DNA of 62,981 bases, counting the filler, from Craspedostauros australis (taxonomy: Eukaryota), in the NCBI GenBank assembly GCA_030167865.1. It is 8 parts of 8 records of this genome, joined end to end, with 100 filler letters (N's around TTAATTAATTAA, not from the genome) between each part and the next. Parts side by side here need not be neighbours in the genome. Positions count along the whole stretch, not along the records: positions 60,602 to 62,981 come from JALAGF010006306.1; 7 more parts are not named here. One strand, written 5' to 3'. This document shows, piece after piece, positions 60,602-62,981 of the stretch; the stretch's first letter is position 1; each line of letters begins with the position of its first letter. The notes under the pieces were generated by a model. The model made no database searches and was not told the origin of the DNA. It saw only the letters and a program-made list of their open reading frames with translations. A program made the translations under genes and the position numbers.

Positions 60602-62981
60602 CCATCATCACAACGGAGTGGCCGAGCGGAGCATCCGTACCATCATCTCCATGGCACGCACAATGATGATGCATCAGAGCATTCATTGGCCGACGATGTT
60701 TGACGCACAGCATTGGCCCATGGCGGTCGTGCATGCAGCGTACATTCACAATCGGGTCCCCAACGCAGCCACCGGATTAACACCAATGGACATCCTGTCG
60801 CGAACTCGCATCCCGCTGAAGCAACTCCACAACCTTCATGTGTGGGGCAGCCCAGTGTACGTGTTAAACAAAGCTCTTGGCGATGGCCGCAAGATTCCAC
60901 GATGGGAACCACGCGGAGAACGGTACGTCAACATGGGCCTCTCCACCCGTCACGCATCAACAGTCCCCCTTGTGTTGTCACCACGGACAGGATCGATCAC
61001 CCCGCAATTTCACGTCGTTTTTGACGATTGGTTCGCAACCATCACAACCAACCCAAGCGACCTTCCCGACTACAACACCAGCGAATGGACCCACATGTTC
61101 GGCGATACAACCTACCAGATTCCTTTCAACGACGAAGACATCATCGCCATGGAAGAAAGAGATATCGAACGTGAAGACGCAAACGATCACCGACGATTTC
61201 ACTCCATCGACGATGCGCCGATACCACCGTCATCATCGGGCACACAACCGGCACCCACGCGAACTCCGACCAACACAGACTCACCAGCTCACATTTTGGA
61301 GCAGCCGTCGGAACCGGAAATGAACANNNNNNNNNNNNNNNNNNNNNNNNNNNNNNNNNNNNNNNNNNNNNNNNNNCCATCATCACAACGGAGTGGCCGA
61401 GCGGAGCATCCGTACCATCATCTCCATGGCACGCACAATGATGATGCATCAGAGCATTCATTGGCCGACGATGTTTGACGCACAGCATTGGCCCATGGCG
61501 GTCGTGCATGCAGCGTACATTCACAATCGGGTCCCCAACGCAGCCACCGGATTAACACCAATGGACATCCTGTCGCGAACTCGCATCCCGCTGAAGCAAC
61601 TCCACAACCTTCATGTGTGGGGCAGCCCAGTGTACGTGTTAAACAAAGCTCTTGGCGATGGCCGCAAGATTCCACGATGGGAACCACGCGGAGAACGGTA
61701 CGTCAACATGGGCCTCTCCACCCGTCACGCATCAACAGTCCCCCTTGTGTTGTCACCACGGACAGGATCGATCACCCCACAATTTCACGTCGTTTTTGAC
61801 GATTGGTTCGCAACCATCGCAACCAACCCAAGCGACCTTCCCGACTACAACACCAGCGAATGGACCCACATGTTCGGCGATACAACCTACCAGATTCCTT
61901 TCGACGACGAAGACATCATCGCCATGGAAGAAAGAGATATCGAACGTGAAGACGCAAACGATCACCGACGGTTTCACTCCATCAACGATGCGCCGATACC
62001 ACCAACATCATTGGGCGCACAACCGGCACCCACGCGAACTCCGACCAACACAGACTCACCAGCTCACATTTTGGAGCAGCCGTCGGAACCGGAAATGAAC
62101 AACGACGCAACACCGGTCGATCAAGTGCAACCACCTCAACCAACCCTTCAGTCATCAGATACCGTTCACGACGACACACCCAAGTCACCAGTGCCACAAA
62201 CAGAGGGAGCTGAGGAGCTACCGGAACGCATCACCACGACCTCNCCAAACCTGTTGCCACCAACAGAGGGAGCGACAAACGACGACGAAAGTGGTGTCAT
62301 GCCGATCGCAAGTGATTCCCCTCCAGCTTCGCCACTTCGTGAACCCATCCACGCGTCAACGAAAAGAGACAAGGCCAAACCAACCAGGCCGCCTCCGCTC
62401 CGCCGCTCGGAGCGTATCAACAAACGAGAGCCAAGAGAACGCAAAACCGTCGAGCGGCTCACCTACGACAAGTTAGGGGGCAAAGTCGTGTGGGCAGATG
62501 AAGACACGCTACCCATCGAAGCTAGCGCCAACGTGACAACTCAACACACAGGCAACTCCAGCAGGACCCAAGCAGTGCAGAGCATGAAGAAGGTTTTACA
62601 GGAGTGCCGCCAGTCACTGATGGAGTTCACAGAGCACCCTGACGACCAGGTGACACAAAAAGCCAAGGTCCTGGTCCGTAACGCGGAATCCATGCTCCGA
62701 AATTTGAAAACCATCGATACCGAAGAGCTANAAAAGGACGAACGGCGTTGGGCGCAGGGCGACCTCGANATGGAACGGATGCTACGTGCAAGACAGCTCG
62801 AGATCCGGGCCGAGATGCGCAGGGAACAAGAGGAGGCAGCGGCCGATGAAGCAACATCCCGGCATGAACACCACATCCTCATGATGAGCAACCAATCCGA
62901 CTCGTCCTCAGAGGACGACGACTCATCCCCCGGCTACACCATGGACCCCATCGACATCGGTCACCTGTGGCCACACCACGT
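60602..62981 (+). mobile_element. Diatom CoDi-type Copia integrase C-terminus and IN-RT linker
   Basis: NGVAERSIRTI, WPMAVVHAAYIHN, LHVWGSPVYVL, KIPRWEPR, HASTVPLVL, ITPQFHVVFDDWF, LRRSER. Frame from 61381 is open to the window end. 60602-61326 is duplicated across a gap. Confidence 0.92.

Noticed and set aside
60602..62101. Tandemly duplicated integrase
   Set aside because: Near-identical 725-bp copies around a 50-N gap. Collapsed TE copies or alleles. The same applies to 53375-53810 and 59930-60095.

Overview
Eukaryotic nuclear DNA, most likely a diatom. This is inferred from GT-AG introns, bipartite signal + 'AF' plastid presequences, CoDi-type Copia elements and diatom-expanded gene families. 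The window is not one molecule: seven 100-nt N...TTAATTAATTAA...N spacers join eight contigs, and several short N gaps have the same sequence duplicated on both sides. The gene-dense core (24.7-45.4 kb) holds an APP1/HAD-like phosphatase, a thylakoid-lumen protein, an HMG-CoA synthase fused to a ketosynthase, Mpv17/PMP22, VPS4, a GNAT, a CD2BP2-like GYF protein, an ABCD-type transporter and RRP45. The flanks are rich in transposons: several Copia fragments, a two-gene PIF/Harbinger element, non-LTR relics and four copies of a ~0.8-0.9 kb solo-LTR-like repeat. They also hold a saccharopine dehydrogenase-like gene, two halves of a STAND ATPase, an LRR pseudogene, a hydrolase, an 11-repeat ankyrin ORF and a secreted PT-repeat protein. 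The strongest candidate for an undescribed system is the 1110-aa HMGS-KS fusion, with both active sites intact and the junction inside a single exon.
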